Part shown: in pieces, positions 38,901 to 46,476 of the stretch
Layout of the letters: the number at the start of each line of letters is the position of its first letter
Position numbering within the stretch: position 1 is the stretch's first letter
Assembly (NCBI GenBank): GCA_044226015.1
Contig: JBGAHS010000007.1
Location: 513,090-577,089, forward strand
Length of the DNA: 64,000 nucleotides
From: Candidatus Obscuribacteraceae bacterium
GTDB lineage: Bacteria > Cyanobacteriota > Vampirovibrionia > Obscuribacterales > Obscuribacteraceae
Reading direction: 5' to 3'
Translations under genes and position numbers: made by a program
The notes under the pieces: model-generated
Databases searched by the model: none
Told to the model about the DNA's origin: nothing
Seen by the model: only the letters and a program-made list of their open reading frames with translations

Positions 38901-41900
38901 TTGATTAAGACAAACAAGTCTGTGATAACTGCGAATCAACTAACCCTGTCCGGGTCGGGCGACGACATAATTGTCACGACCGCGTCTGGAAATATCGTTG
39001 CAAGCCTCAATACAACAGAAGACAGCATTGATATTACAAATACAGGTAATTTATTGTTCAAAGGCACATCGAGTGGTGGCGCAATAGGTCTGACTAATAC
39101 CGGTAACCTTACTCTTTCTGATGATGCTATCGCAGAGGCATCGATCGCGTTTACACTTGATGCTGGCTCGACCTTCGACAACGCTGGATTTATGCTGAAG
39201 TCTAGCAACGGAATTCTAAATATCACTGCGGACAAATTGGTTCTCACTGGATCAAAGATAATCGAAGCACCTACGAGCGCTGCTATATTCCAGCCGGTAA
39301 CTAGCAACATAGGATTTGTTTTGGGTGGCAGCAAGTCTGGAAGCCTCAACTTTACTCCTGCGATTTTGGACGCTTTCAATCTCGCATCGTTGCAGCTCGG
39401 AAACAGCACCTTGAGTGGTGGTGCTGAACTGGCTTCCGCTCTTAATATTTCTAAGAGCTATGATGTGAGCATCTTGCAAGGAAGTGGTTCCTACGACTCA
39501 AAAGGATTCGCAGTGACCATGATTGGTGGGCTTAATGTAACCAGCAACTCGGGTAATATAGCGTCGAACTCAGTTGCGATGTCAGGCGCGAAATCTGCAC
39601 TTGTTTTGCAGACTGGGTCTGGTTCTATTACTTTGAATGCTTCAAGCGTGATGGACTCTCACGACATTAAGTACAGTACAAGTAGCACCATATCTGGTTT
39701 GACTTTGAGCACTATGTCACCTCGAAGAGAGTCTGGAAATGGTGGGAATCTTTTCCTTAAAGCCAGCAATTTGCCTAGCAATAACCTGGCTTTGGATGTA
39801 AGCGGAGATACGGGAGATGGCGGCAATTTGACCTATATCCGCACAGCCACTAGTGCGCTAAATCTTAACTCCTCTGCGAATTTTAAATTGAACATAAGTG
39901 GTATCAATGCGGGTTCAGCTACCATCAGCAATGGTGGAGATTTGGTCTTTGATACTGCTGCTGGCATATTGAATGATGGTACTACAAAAGACGGTGCTTC
40001 AATATTTCTTGAAGCTGGTGCTGGAGGACCTGGCAAACTTCAGGTTCTCGGTAGTATTTCGGCGAATGCTAAGGCTGGTAGTGGCGGCAAGGGCGGCCAC
40101 ATTAGCCTGACTTCGAATAGCAGTACCGCCTTTCTGCTTGCTTCTTCTAGCACCAAAAATGGTACCACCGGAACTATCACAGTAGCAGGTGACGGAGCTG
40201 CTAGTAATGGCATAATTGACATCGCTAACAAAGGTGGTGCATTGACTACGGGAACAGTTCAAGACCTCAGCAAAGTGTCGTTGTTATCGCTCAGTACTGG
40301 TGGAACTGGAGCCTTGACTGTTTCTAAATCTGTCGGTGGTGCAGGCACGCAATCGGTGTCCATCATTGCTGGTGGTGCGCTGAGCACAGGAAAAAGCATT
40401 ATCACCGGACAAAGCGCCGAGTTGCGCAGTGGAACTGGCGGTTTCAGCAGCCAGCTGAACAGTGTTGCCCTGGTCACTGCTGTGGGTGGTGGTAAGGGAG
40501 CTGTCAGTCTTACAAACAACGGAACTGGCGATATAAAAGTTGCCTTCGTAAATTCTGGCGCAGCTTTTTCATTGATTCAGAATGCTGGCGATGTCAGCTT
40601 CAGTGACGCAACTGTGACTGCGGCAACTACAATTGATATTAAGGCAACAAAAGCTGATAGCAAAATTGTCATCGGTTCGGGGGCAATTACCTCAGGCACG
40701 AGCATCACACTCACGGCTACAGGCAAGGGCAGCATTGATTACGCTCCTGGTGAGTTCGCCGAGATCAAGAGCAAAACCGTGACATTTGTTTCTGGCTCAG
40801 GTAATGTGGGAAGTCCAGGACCGGGCATCTTCACCAATGCTAGTAGTCTGGCTCTTAACACTACAGGCAGTGCCTATGTTTCGAATACAAATACTGGACT
40901 TCTGACCTTGAGTTCAGCAAAAACTGGCGCAGGTCAAAATCTACAGATTGATACTGATGGTGGCTTGACAGTCACGGCTTCTGTTACTGCACCGGCTGAC
41001 ATCAGCTTGACGAGTGCAGGCGTAACTACACTAAACGGTTCGCTCGGTAATGTAACTGGTACCAATAGTATAAAGATTGTCAGTACTAACAATCTTTTGG
41101 GGGCTGGCACACTCAGCACAAATGGAAGCAAAGGCGTACAACTGCAAGTTTCTGGCAATGTCGGAACTAGCTCTGTTCCTGTTAAAGTTAATACACCGCT
41201 TTTAGCTGTTTCGGCAGCGTCATTGCTGAATCTATCTAATGCGAATAAAGGCAGTTCGACAGTAAGTGCACTGACCTCTAGCTCATCATTGGGGTATGCC
41301 AGCTCTGGCCCGACCACTTTCGCAGGAGCGCTTAACGCTGGTACATCGATGACGCTGAAGCTTGCCGGTACCACGACAGTGTCCGGAAAGCTCGATGCGA
41401 GCACTGGTGCCCTCACCTTGAATCAGACTGGCACCGGTTCTAGCACTACTGTTAGTGGCAGTGTAAATGCTGGAGCAAGTTTGACAATAACTACGCCAGG
41501 CGCATTGAACACTGGCAATATCAGTTCTTCTTCGACCCTTAAGTTGACTGCTGGTGGCAATTACACTTTGGGCACAGTTAGTTCATCTAAGGATATAACA
41601 ATCTCTCAAACTGCTGTTTCATCGAGTACAAGCTTCGGCGACATAACCGGGACAGTTGTTGCTGTGAACCTGAAACCTACAACTAGTGGTACCATTGCCT
41701 TCAACAAAGTCACCGCTAGCAGTGGCGCTCTGAAAATAGCTGAGTCTGGTTCTAGTTCTGGTTTGACCTCTATGTCTGATATCAGTGCGAAGGCTGCTGT
41801 GAATGTAAGCACTCTCGGTGCCAGCAACATGGGCAGCGTCATCGCTGGTGCCAACTCAGGAAACGGCGCCGTAAACATAACTACAAAAGGCACGACAGTG

Positions 41901-44351
41901 CTAGGAAAGGTTGATGCAAATGGCAGTTCTGGAACGGTTTCCATCGCTCAAACTGGTGGCAACACCCTGACCCTCGAAGGGGGTACCGCAATTGGTGCTT
42001 CTTATACAGTTAAGAGTTCGGGAGTTGGCGGAATAATCAGCACTGGTGGCATAGGAAATTTGACAGCAATTAAAGCAAGTAGCACGGTTTCGATTTTGAA
42101 CCTGGCGCCTGCATCTTCGAATGCTAGTGTAGGACTAAATGGCTCAGTTATCGCTGATGCTAACAAAGGAACGATAACAATTACCGCTGTTGGTTCGGGA
42201 AGTATTTCTCAAGAAATTACCGGCACTTCTATCAGCGCTAAGACGGTGGTGTTGAATTCTGGTGCTTCAAACGGAGGCACCATCGGAACTACGCTTGCCC
42301 CTGTTAAAGTCAATGCAACAAGTTTGTCGTTAAACACCAGTGGAGCTGTGAGTGTCTCGGCTCTCAATCCGGCGACGACCACTGTCACCGTAGCGAACAC
42401 CAACGGCTCTAGTTTCGCCCTAGATGCGGCTGGTGCTCTCACGATGACTGCTACTCTGTCTAACGCCAAGTCGATAACCCTGAGCAGTGTAGGAAACATG
42501 GCCCTCAATGGCAGCTCGCTAGGTAGCACGGCTAAAACATCTGGTGCTATCAGTCTGTCTACACAGTCCGGAAATATTACTGGAAATGCAACCGTTAGCT
42601 CGTCAAACTCGGTGAGCCTGCAGAGTGTTTCTGGTAGTATCGGAAGCAGCACAACAGTCCTGAAAGTTAATACTCCGAGCGTTACGAAAGCTGTAACTGG
42701 CAATGCTAGCGGTGCTGAGCTCATCAATCTGTCTAATACGAGTTCAGTAGCAGCAAGTTACGGTCCCATGTCGGCCGGTGGCTCAATCACTGTTAGTGCC
42801 GCTAATGCTTCGACCTTTAATGGTGCAATAACAAGCAAAGCTGGAACTACAGGCTCTGGCAATATCAAGATCGTTCAGAACGCCGGACTTCTAACCGTTG
42901 CAGCTGGTGTCACTATTCACGCTGAAGGTAAGACTGCTCAAATAACGATACAGGAAAAGGGCAACAGCGCCACCATTGTTGATGGTATTACACTCGGTAC
43001 CGGCTCTAAACTTGAGACTATCGCGACCACAACTAAACCAAGCACCACTAGTTTCCCGAAATTAGGGCAGATTTCCGTTATCGTCGGTTCCAGTATTCCG
43101 ACGCCTAGTAACGGTCCTGCTATATTACCGAATCCGCCTGCAGGAATCGTCATTGGAACCGGTGATTCGCCTAACGTATTTTTCGGTACGACAAACAATT
43201 TTGTTACAACAGGCACCACTAATATTGATACTGTTGGCGAAACCGCAGTTCAATTCCAGGCAGGCACAAATGCTGCCATTTCACTTGACGCTGTCACGAT
43301 TGTGGCAGATCCGCCGGTAGTGAGCGCGGCTCCCATTCTGCTTAGTGGCCGTGCTGCTCAGAAAGCACAGTTCGTGACTCCCACTCAGGTTGGAGCAGGT
43401 GGCGGCGCAATCTCCATCTCTCACGTAAGAACTAACTCGCTTGAGACTTCACTTGCTGCGTCGAATATAGTCAATGTGTCGCTCATGAATGCTGGTCAGA
43501 ATTCATCGGTCCTGCCTGGTTCAAGTTCTGCAACTACTGGCAGTGTCAGTACTGTAGAATCTCTCGGACTAGCTGCCCCTGGCGGCAGGCATTCGACCAT
43601 AGGAAAAAGCGGAATTCTCCAAGGTGCTGTCAGTACCAATAGTCGAATGTTCAGTTCGCAGTTCGAGGACGAATACGTCCACTCTGCCCTGAGTGAGAGT
43701 GATTCAATGCAAGTACTGAGCGATAGACCTCTGGGTTTGCGCCGATTGAGTGAGAGCCGATTGAGTGAGAGCCGATTGAGTGAGAGCCGATTGAGTCAAT
43801 CTGGTTTTGCTGACGGAACAAGAAAGCAAGTCGTCATTGAGAATCAAAGTTTGCTACTTGCACCATTCTCGAACACGACGGTCAAGACCAAGTTTGGTGA
43901 AATAGATGTTGATGCCAGGTCCATGGTTCTAGTTTTCAGCTCTCCGAAGGGAACTTCTATTTTCAATCTTGATGACCAGCATCGCAATTCGGTAATAGTT
44001 CGAACAGCCAGCAATCACAAATTTGTACTATCTGCAGGCAAGCATATTACTCTGACTGATGTTGGAGCCAGAGGATTTGAGCAAATCAACCCGGTTGAGA
44101 GCATTGCTTATAGAAACATCAACCAGCAGTCGCTTGCTAATGGACACATGGTCTTTACTTCTGAATTCTCGATTCCATCAGCCATTAATTCAATCAATGT
44201 TCTGAAGGAATTGTGCAAATCGAAAAATCAGGAATCAATGAGATTGAGAAATCATCTAATGAAGACACTTGCTGCGATGGTTCAGATGAATAAGAGTGGT
44301 GTGCCGTATCAGCAGGTGCTTACCCCTAGACTTGCTGCATTTAAGAACTAG
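29916..44351 (+). CDS. Giant (~4811 aa) secreted filamentous-haemagglutinin-like beta-helical adhesin/S-layer-like protein
   Basis: AGGAG RBS then MSFRKRTEK...VHA signal peptide; >4400 aa of G/S/T/N/A-rich beta repeats (GGxVxI, GxIxL); ADPP, low-complexity linker, then a globular C-terminal domain. Confidence 0.9.
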   Translation: MSFRKRTEKVGVSVLALSLSLSPLLTPKVHAQSAGRPGATATTGNFANANLTNLDLSSSSAAVSTKNTTPVNIVVGGSMQHGAVAGGTALTILPGQLVTPAQYLAVLGAMSGQQTLLLNNQGAAFGGTTNLRSSSLQNLTGLTVPAGVSLHAIGYNANTPLNVAGAVNIAGAMYNLQTAPNVMAVLNMVNLNVAPGGLLTSNLPTGMSMPGVFGSSGMQLNVSGNVVNQGTISSTGDVNISALGSVTNQSVSSAALISGQNVNLSIGSGSLVNSGLIQAVQSLNINSPSSSTDISINNTNGMLSALGAGGIQGIINIREDGAALELANVRVVGGELSAANGINVYGKNMDVNVDTISGAISNKGSTAHVSVSSGNLVLGDQTLSGDPTYFNNAGDVTVGNITAASDVAVVASGNVTLNGDIQITQPDSSILVMSGADFTTNGAGTGSNDTTTTLTFTGSVNFGKSITMTSTGGSLSTQGSGRITLAATGPINFGANTMSSESGDITIIARDGFFQSGGAITTNGQNLGEGNVNIQTAEVNIQAGSTILNGTPSALPSAGVLRTLPATLSDINAPNGAVSISAGNQVSLNGNITAGSSVSVSADSGALNLNGAITGASVSLVTGQKFTNIMFDTFAGQIKATSGDVNFASSTGNVISIGSDINVVAVGGSVNFNLDGGFITMAGSGAKSINIQGDNGIDLRAGGTKVAANILSDGANVQLVSANGSVLGVGLIRTDNLSGAGSITIAATKLISVGDLNASSTGGNGGDVSITTYDPSIGTLSVNGDIDNTGATGTASVTIDRSAISGGGLHIGGGATGSNYVSGVIKSSGTVGIKSSDVILHGGGDAITAAVIGINSNNGTGAVGSIDSSAQGEGGLNAPQVLLNAATGVGTNNYITLSNSDVKVTSFVSEGAVKLYSKSGDITSSSVDLPGIGTSSGIFTATGSITILNSAGAINIDLSDAIKTLDGNITLQSNSFGAWPNFEAVSAGTTGTVQILPAASNQDIVVGGSYFSSSNLFLIRAQNLIFGASSGFTGKISLGSNINAGAVNAGQLQGAYNVSFLTGSLFDAVGHNIGVGNNSLSIVADAGVTFASINSKNGAVNISSPAGFLSQTAPVSATGSGSFNLSAFGNIDGAAAINSVNGNITINILPGSVSGQITESGGITAGNVFIGTSDGKTSNAFGVTLKNTVQGGSSVVVMTNSGSLATADLQSKSGSILLTNFGGKIDAGNLTAGTSVTVNAKTNVNIGKVIATNDVSMQVGKTLTFIGDVTSTAGKIETVSGLFTGSVTPVSITAAGDLKLTANGAGMFGLGKLTGGGKGTTVSLQAFGFLTGDIVNTGGNVSVICTNQSSQITTGAINTSSLVDDGGSVTLAGGNNITVNGSINTSSPSHGGAVLLSVNNVDGGGTSEEDGYITVNGDINTTGKFGGAISVLANRAATQFSVVTLQKLDSSGSSSPGAVNVSASNLIGPLYVGGTGLPGFSSVLQITATGDNSSSVSLSNQVGGITLVGKSSTSVLADGQITLTTSGFSSLIGAGAGNGVLSSGKGIQINGPMNVGDDGSPGFPHANQALAIDTPLLTITSITGAVNVVSNSGQPLGLVSMKAIGPILVQSDSSIVVQGKIESTTNNVTLSSLNGDISQASSAGIWGTTVILSAKGNVGTNLSGSQIYVAATKLTAASASGAVFIEELSGNLELVGKNTAPTGFNLLSQVGDITLGAGSFANIGSLLIDVSNSGSNLIITAPFSTISTTSGSIVLQVNNQIIAPAGDVSFISADGTNISASILDLSASKTFSISSPAGIILGNTKVVSPSVGLTLDASGGANKGFISGITDLVTGGAPITLKAGSLIDGNISLGKLDSSSSSGNGADITLDAGGDVSVASVDASGVQGGNVLIGVNVQPNSFKTTQNGVNSSSNSNVGGGNGGSITIQVLNDISITGSIGASSLSPLTDAGAISLVSANASSGVFDSFSISSMGPSHGGQIELNGFKSITVFGGILTVSGGSAGAVFIDSDNVQDSILNISGIIDTSGSNSGGDLSIQMGGSAGSTNSMVRVDQGINIGSNGTGGKLFISVPNSTVPLTIYADTVHSGSNVIGPISAVNGTGPNSISIGNSVGDIQFNGAGDSIVTGGGVTILAPGGKSNIIGFGAGQGNIKASIITFVAGGQVGAPGAELSTTTPSINAKANSGDLGIINSGASSVLTLAASATGSLKVITDGGFDLTGAIKAGSVELQSTGANAPINLAPLFSGITASSGDVHLTANGGGISSSGPALTITAAGQVVLSLNTALNPGNINVGAAPVSISGTSVDLLGTGKTVADLTGSSVTLKASSSTLSSFGKINASDSIYLYGATGVTLNSNLTASNNVEIYSDSGAINGSGASLKSAAASIFVDPGSGQVTGLKDIFAADSIYLGSKNSASPSSDSVSVTGKIDASKLFVYLSKGSISLSGPVTLTSPSDVSVLNAGTGSINLPTGITTIAGVKLLGQGDLSVGGTISGASIELAATNVTSALSTQTSNLVFNINGGLTVDNTSAGSLSLTDSFADGKFVLNNSGTGVSIKNVTVVGASISLSAGATLDVDDLDSDGTVMQLVTDAIGTFKAINAGSAQLTIRPVTDSTDITIGTAASGLVLSSSQLAGIVAGTVTIGSSSGTGVTTINSDLDISGSSLSKIEFLQNPSSSLSFKGQTLNLGPKSLNIQGGALKLGIIVSSGSTINIDGGSIEFNGDIGSSKDITSISSGASIVTNSYKISASDLTLTAKNGIVFVNTLVAGKIQASSSGAPQNIAIFNTGNLQLNIPAAVSGPISVQNQGSLSLLSAVEGNAVTLTSTGAVSSFTNNANQIKANVSDVSLTADSVVLTGSNYISATKGAVLIAPSNASTHISLGGSKGLVISQSNLDNISTTSLTIGGPAYTGGISLDSKIDVSKLYSLVLKQGSGDVDFSLNTFVVGDKKLTIESKGIVTLGTVTSSGGTISATGGTVLVNGNIGDVNAIVSLTSTDGLIKTNKSVITANQLTLSGSGDDIIVTTASGNIVASLNTTEDSIDITNTGNLLFKGTSSGGAIGLTNTGNLTLSDDAIAEASIAFTLDAGSTFDNAGFMLKSSNGILNITADKLVLTGSKIIEAPTSAAIFQPVTSNIGFVLGGSKSGSLNFTPAILDAFNLASLQLGNSTLSGGAELASALNISKSYDVSILQGSGSYDSKGFAVTMIGGLNVTSNSGNIASNSVAMSGAKSALVLQTGSGSITLNASSVMDSHDIKYSTSSTISGLTLSTMSPRRESGNGGNLFLKASNLPSNNLALDVSGDTGDGGNLTYIRTATSALNLNSSANFKLNISGINAGSATISNGGDLVFDTAAGILNDGTTKDGASIFLEAGAGGPGKLQVLGSISANAKAGSGGKGGHISLTSNSSTAFLLASSSTKNGTTGTITVAGDGAASNGIIDIANKGGALTTGTVQDLSKVSLLSLSTGGTGALTVSKSVGGAGTQSVSIIAGGALSTGKSIITGQSAELRSGTGGFSSQLNSVALVTAVGGGKGAVSLTNNGTGDIKVAFVNSGAAFSLIQNAGDVSFSDATVTAATTIDIKATKADSKIVIGSGAITSGTSITLTATGKGSIDYAPGEFAEIKSKTVTFVSGSGNVGSPGPGIFTNASSLALNTTGSAYVSNTNTGLLTLSSAKTGAGQNLQIDTDGGLTVTASVTAPADISLTSAGVTTLNGSLGNVTGTNSIKIVSTNNLLGAGTLSTNGSKGVQLQVSGNVGTSSVPVKVNTPLLAVSAASLLNLSNANKGSSTVSALTSSSSLGYASSGPTTFAGALNAGTSMTLKLAGTTTVSGKLDASTGALTLNQTGTGSSTTVSGSVNAGASLTITTPGALNTGNISSSSTLKLTAGGNYTLGTVSSSKDITISQTAVSSSTSFGDITGTVVAVNLKPTTSGTIAFNKVTASSGALKIAESGSSSGLTSMSDISAKAAVNVSTLGASNMGSVIAGANSGNGAVNITTKGTTVLGKVDANGSSGTVSIAQTGGNTLTLEGGTAIGASYTVKSSGVGGIISTGGIGNLTAIKASSTVSILNLAPASSNASVGLNGSVIADANKGTITITAVGSGSISQEITGTSISAKTVVLNSGASNGGTIGTTLAPVKVNATSLSLNTSGAVSVSALNPATTTVTVANTNGSSFALDAAGALTMTATLSNAKSITLSSVGNMALNGSSLGSTAKTSGAISLSTQSGNITGNATVSSSNSVSLQSVSGSIGSSTTVLKVNTPSVTKAVTGNASGAELINLSNTSSVAASYGPMSAGGSITVSAANASTFNGAITSKAGTTGSGNIKIVQNAGLLTVAAGVTIHAEGKTAQITIQEKGNSATIVDGITLGTGSKLETIATTTKPSTTSFPKLGQISVIVGSSIPTPSNGPAILPNPPAGIVIGTGDSPNVFFGTTNNFVTTGTTNIDTVGETAVQFQAGTNAAISLDAVTIVADPPVVSAAPILLSGRAAQKAQFVTPTQVGAGGGAISISHVRTNSLETSLAASNIVNVSLMNAGQNSSVLPGSSSATTGSVSTVESLGLAAPGGRHSTIGKSGILQGAVSTNSRMFSSQFEDEYVHSALSESDSMQVLSDRPLGLRRLSESRLSESRLSESRLSQSGFADGTRKQVVIENQSLLLAPFSNTTVKTKFGEIDVDARSMVLVFSSPKGTSIFNLDDQHRNSVIVRTASNHKFVLSAGKHITLTDVGARGFEQINPVESIAYRNINQQSLANGHMVFTSEFSIPSAINSINVLKELCKSKNQESMRLRNHLMKTLAAMVQMNKSGVPYQQVLTPRLAAFKN
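43741..43796 (+). repeat. In-frame 15-bp tandem repeat (RLSES x ~3.7)
   Basis: gccgattgagtgaga x3 plus an 11-nt partial copy. Confidence 0.95.
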
Positions 44352-44363
44352 GCAAAACAAAAC

Positions 44364-44392
44364 TGCCATCCAAGCTGATGCTTACGATGGCA
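44364..44392 (+). terminator. Terminator-like hairpin after the giant gene
   Basis: tgccatc...gatggca stem with inner aagc/gctt, flanked by A-rich and T-rich sequence. Confidence 0.55.
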
Positions 44393-44740
44393 ATTTCACT
44401 ACTGTCTGACTTCGCAGTATTCACAAATGTTTCGGTCATACTCACATTTGGCGGGCTTTCCTGCTGATATTTCCGGTTAGCGCTAACCTGATGTTTTCAC
44501 AGAGCCCCTCGGCTTAATTACCTCGACTATTCTTTGGCTCACCGCTGATAATATGATATCAATTTCCACAGAAAAGTCTCTTATCCCTAAGGAGTATTCT
44601 AAATCGTTCATCAGAATGAAATGGCAACTCAATCATCAAGAACTACTTGTTCTGCGGCAATCGTAACCACGGCTGCAGAAATGTCTAGATGATTGATGTG
44701 AGCGGCGATATGATCATGTATCAACTCTGGGAGGTCGAAA

Positions 44741-45730
44741 ATGAAGGCGATGGTATTCGAAGTAGCGCGCAAACCACTCAGGTTTGTTGAACTCGAAGAC
44801 CCTGTGCCGCAGGCGGGAGAGTTGCTTATTCAAGTGCATTCATGTGGAGTCTGCCGCACAGACCTGCACATCTTCGACGGTGAACTAGATAAGCCCAAGC
44901 TTCCTCTGATACTCGGTCATGAAATTGTGGGAACGATCATAGGCAAAGGTAGTGAAACAGGCGATTTTGAAATTGGTCAACGGGTTGGTGTCGCATGGTT
45001 AGCGAATACATGCAGAACTTGTAAATATTGTATTAACGGAAAAGAGAATCTTTGCGACAGCGCGTGCTTCACTGGATACACCGTAAATGGTGGCTATGCG
45101 ACAAAAACAATAGCTAATGCTAGTTATTGTTTTCTATTGCCAGACGGTATGGACGACGGTGAAATTGCCCCAACGCTTTGCGCAGGACTAATAGGCTGGA
45201 GAACTCTGAAGTTAGCTGGCGACGCCGAGCATGTTGGGATTTATGGGTTCGGTGCCGCTGCACATATCGTTGCACAAATTGCGATAAAACAAGGCAAGAG
45301 GATTTATGCGTTTACGAGAGAGGGGGATAGAGAAGCACAAGAATTCGCTCGTGAGTTGGGTGCCTCATGGGCTGGAGCTTCGTCCGCAAAACCTCCAGTG
45401 CTCCTTGATGCTGCTTTAATTTTTGCCCCAGTGGGTAATCTAATACCTCTTGCTCTTCAGGCATCCAGTAAAGGTGCCAGTATCGTAAGTGGTGGCATTC
45501 ACATGAGCGATATCCCGTCCTTTCCTTACGATTTGCTGTGGCATGAACGCTCTATCAAATCAGTTGCTAATCTTACAAAACAAGATGGCATTGAATTCTT
45601 CGAGATGCTCAAAACAGTGCCTTTAAAAACCACTGTTGTGAACTTCAAGTTGAGCGATGCCAATGATGCTTTGCGTGCGCTTAAATCTGGGCAAATTAGT
45701 GGAGCTGCGGTTCTCGACTGCCGTGATTAA
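44741..45730 (+). CDS. Zinc-dependent alcohol dehydrogenase (MDR family)
   Basis: CGVCRTD, GHE, CxxCxxC-x7-C structural Zn site, GFGAAA NAD motif; GGAGG RBS. Confidence 0.95.
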   Translation: MKAMVFEVARKPLRFVELEDPVPQAGELLIQVHSCGVCRTDLHIFDGELDKPKLPLILGHEIVGTIIGKGSETGDFEIGQRVGVAWLANTCRTCKYCINGKENLCDSACFTGYTVNGGYATKTIANASYCFLLPDGMDDGEIAPTLCAGLIGWRTLKLAGDAEHVGIYGFGAAAHIVAQIAIKQGKRIYAFTREGDREAQEFARELGASWAGASSAKPPVLLDAALIFAPVGNLIPLALQASSKGASIVSGGIHMSDIPSFPYDLLWHERSIKSVANLTKQDGIEFFEMLKTVPLKTTVVNFKLSDANDALRALKSGQISGAAVLDCRD

Positions 45731-45785
45731 TTCGAGTTGTTCTCTCGCTGTATTTAGCTTCTAAGAGCAATTCTCTCGAAGCAAA

Positions 45786-46289
45786 TTACACCGCTGAAAT
45801 ACTCTCGATTATTTTTGCGACACATTCGTCAACTGATAGCAGCGCTGTGTCCAATACAAGTTGAGCACTATGCCAGGGTTCGTAATTTCTTTCAACGACT
45901 TCTTGCCAGGTCGGCATCTGATGCCCGGAGATCTCAGCTTTGCGTGTTTCAACTCGACGTTGATGCTCGGCTTTGTCAGAACAAATGATTTCGACTTCGA
46001 AGAAATTTGCGTTAGCTTGCTTTGCTATAGAACGCCATTCATTGCGAGTTATCTCTATGGGATTAACCGCGTCAGCTATAACTCTTAAACCAAGCCTCAA
46101 ATTATCTAATGCTACCTTGTTTGCAATGACATACCCTGCGGGTCCAATATCGTCCGGCAAATCTATGACCGAGCACATGGCCATTTCGATGGTATCAATT
46201 CGTAGATAAACTGCTCCAAGCTGTAATGCCAGATTCTTGGCGATTGTACTTTTGCCCGAGCCAGGGAGTCCACCAAATATGATCAGCAA
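45786..46289 (-). CDS. P-loop predicted kinase (AAA_33-like)
   Basis: GGLPGSGKST Walker A; RIDTIE; HQRRVETR. Confidence 0.9.
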   Translation of the reverse strand: MLIIFGGLPGSGKSTIAKNLALQLGAVYLRIDTIEMAMCSVIDLPDDIGPAGYVIANKVALDNLRLGLRVIADAVNPIEITRNEWRSIAKQANANFFEVEIICSDKAEHQRRVETRKAEISGHQMPTWQEVVERNYEPWHSAQLVLDTALLSVDECVAKIIESISAV

Positions 46290-46476
46290 CCTGCTTTCCT
46301 CTTCTAGTTGTTGATCAAATTATAACTTCGGCATGAGTTTTTCTGAAAAAAAATTTGCTGCTCAGGCTGATTGTGGTTTCATGTAATAGTATGGCAATGG
46401 ATTTGGCGATTTGGGCATAAATTCATGGAGAAGGATTTCCTTAAGCTATATTTGCTCAGTATTTAGGAGTGATCTT

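Noticed and set aside
30184..43219. Many 60-195-aa minus-strand ORFs inside the giant gene
   Set aside because: Expected antisense shadows of a repetitive Gly/Ser/Thr-rich frame.
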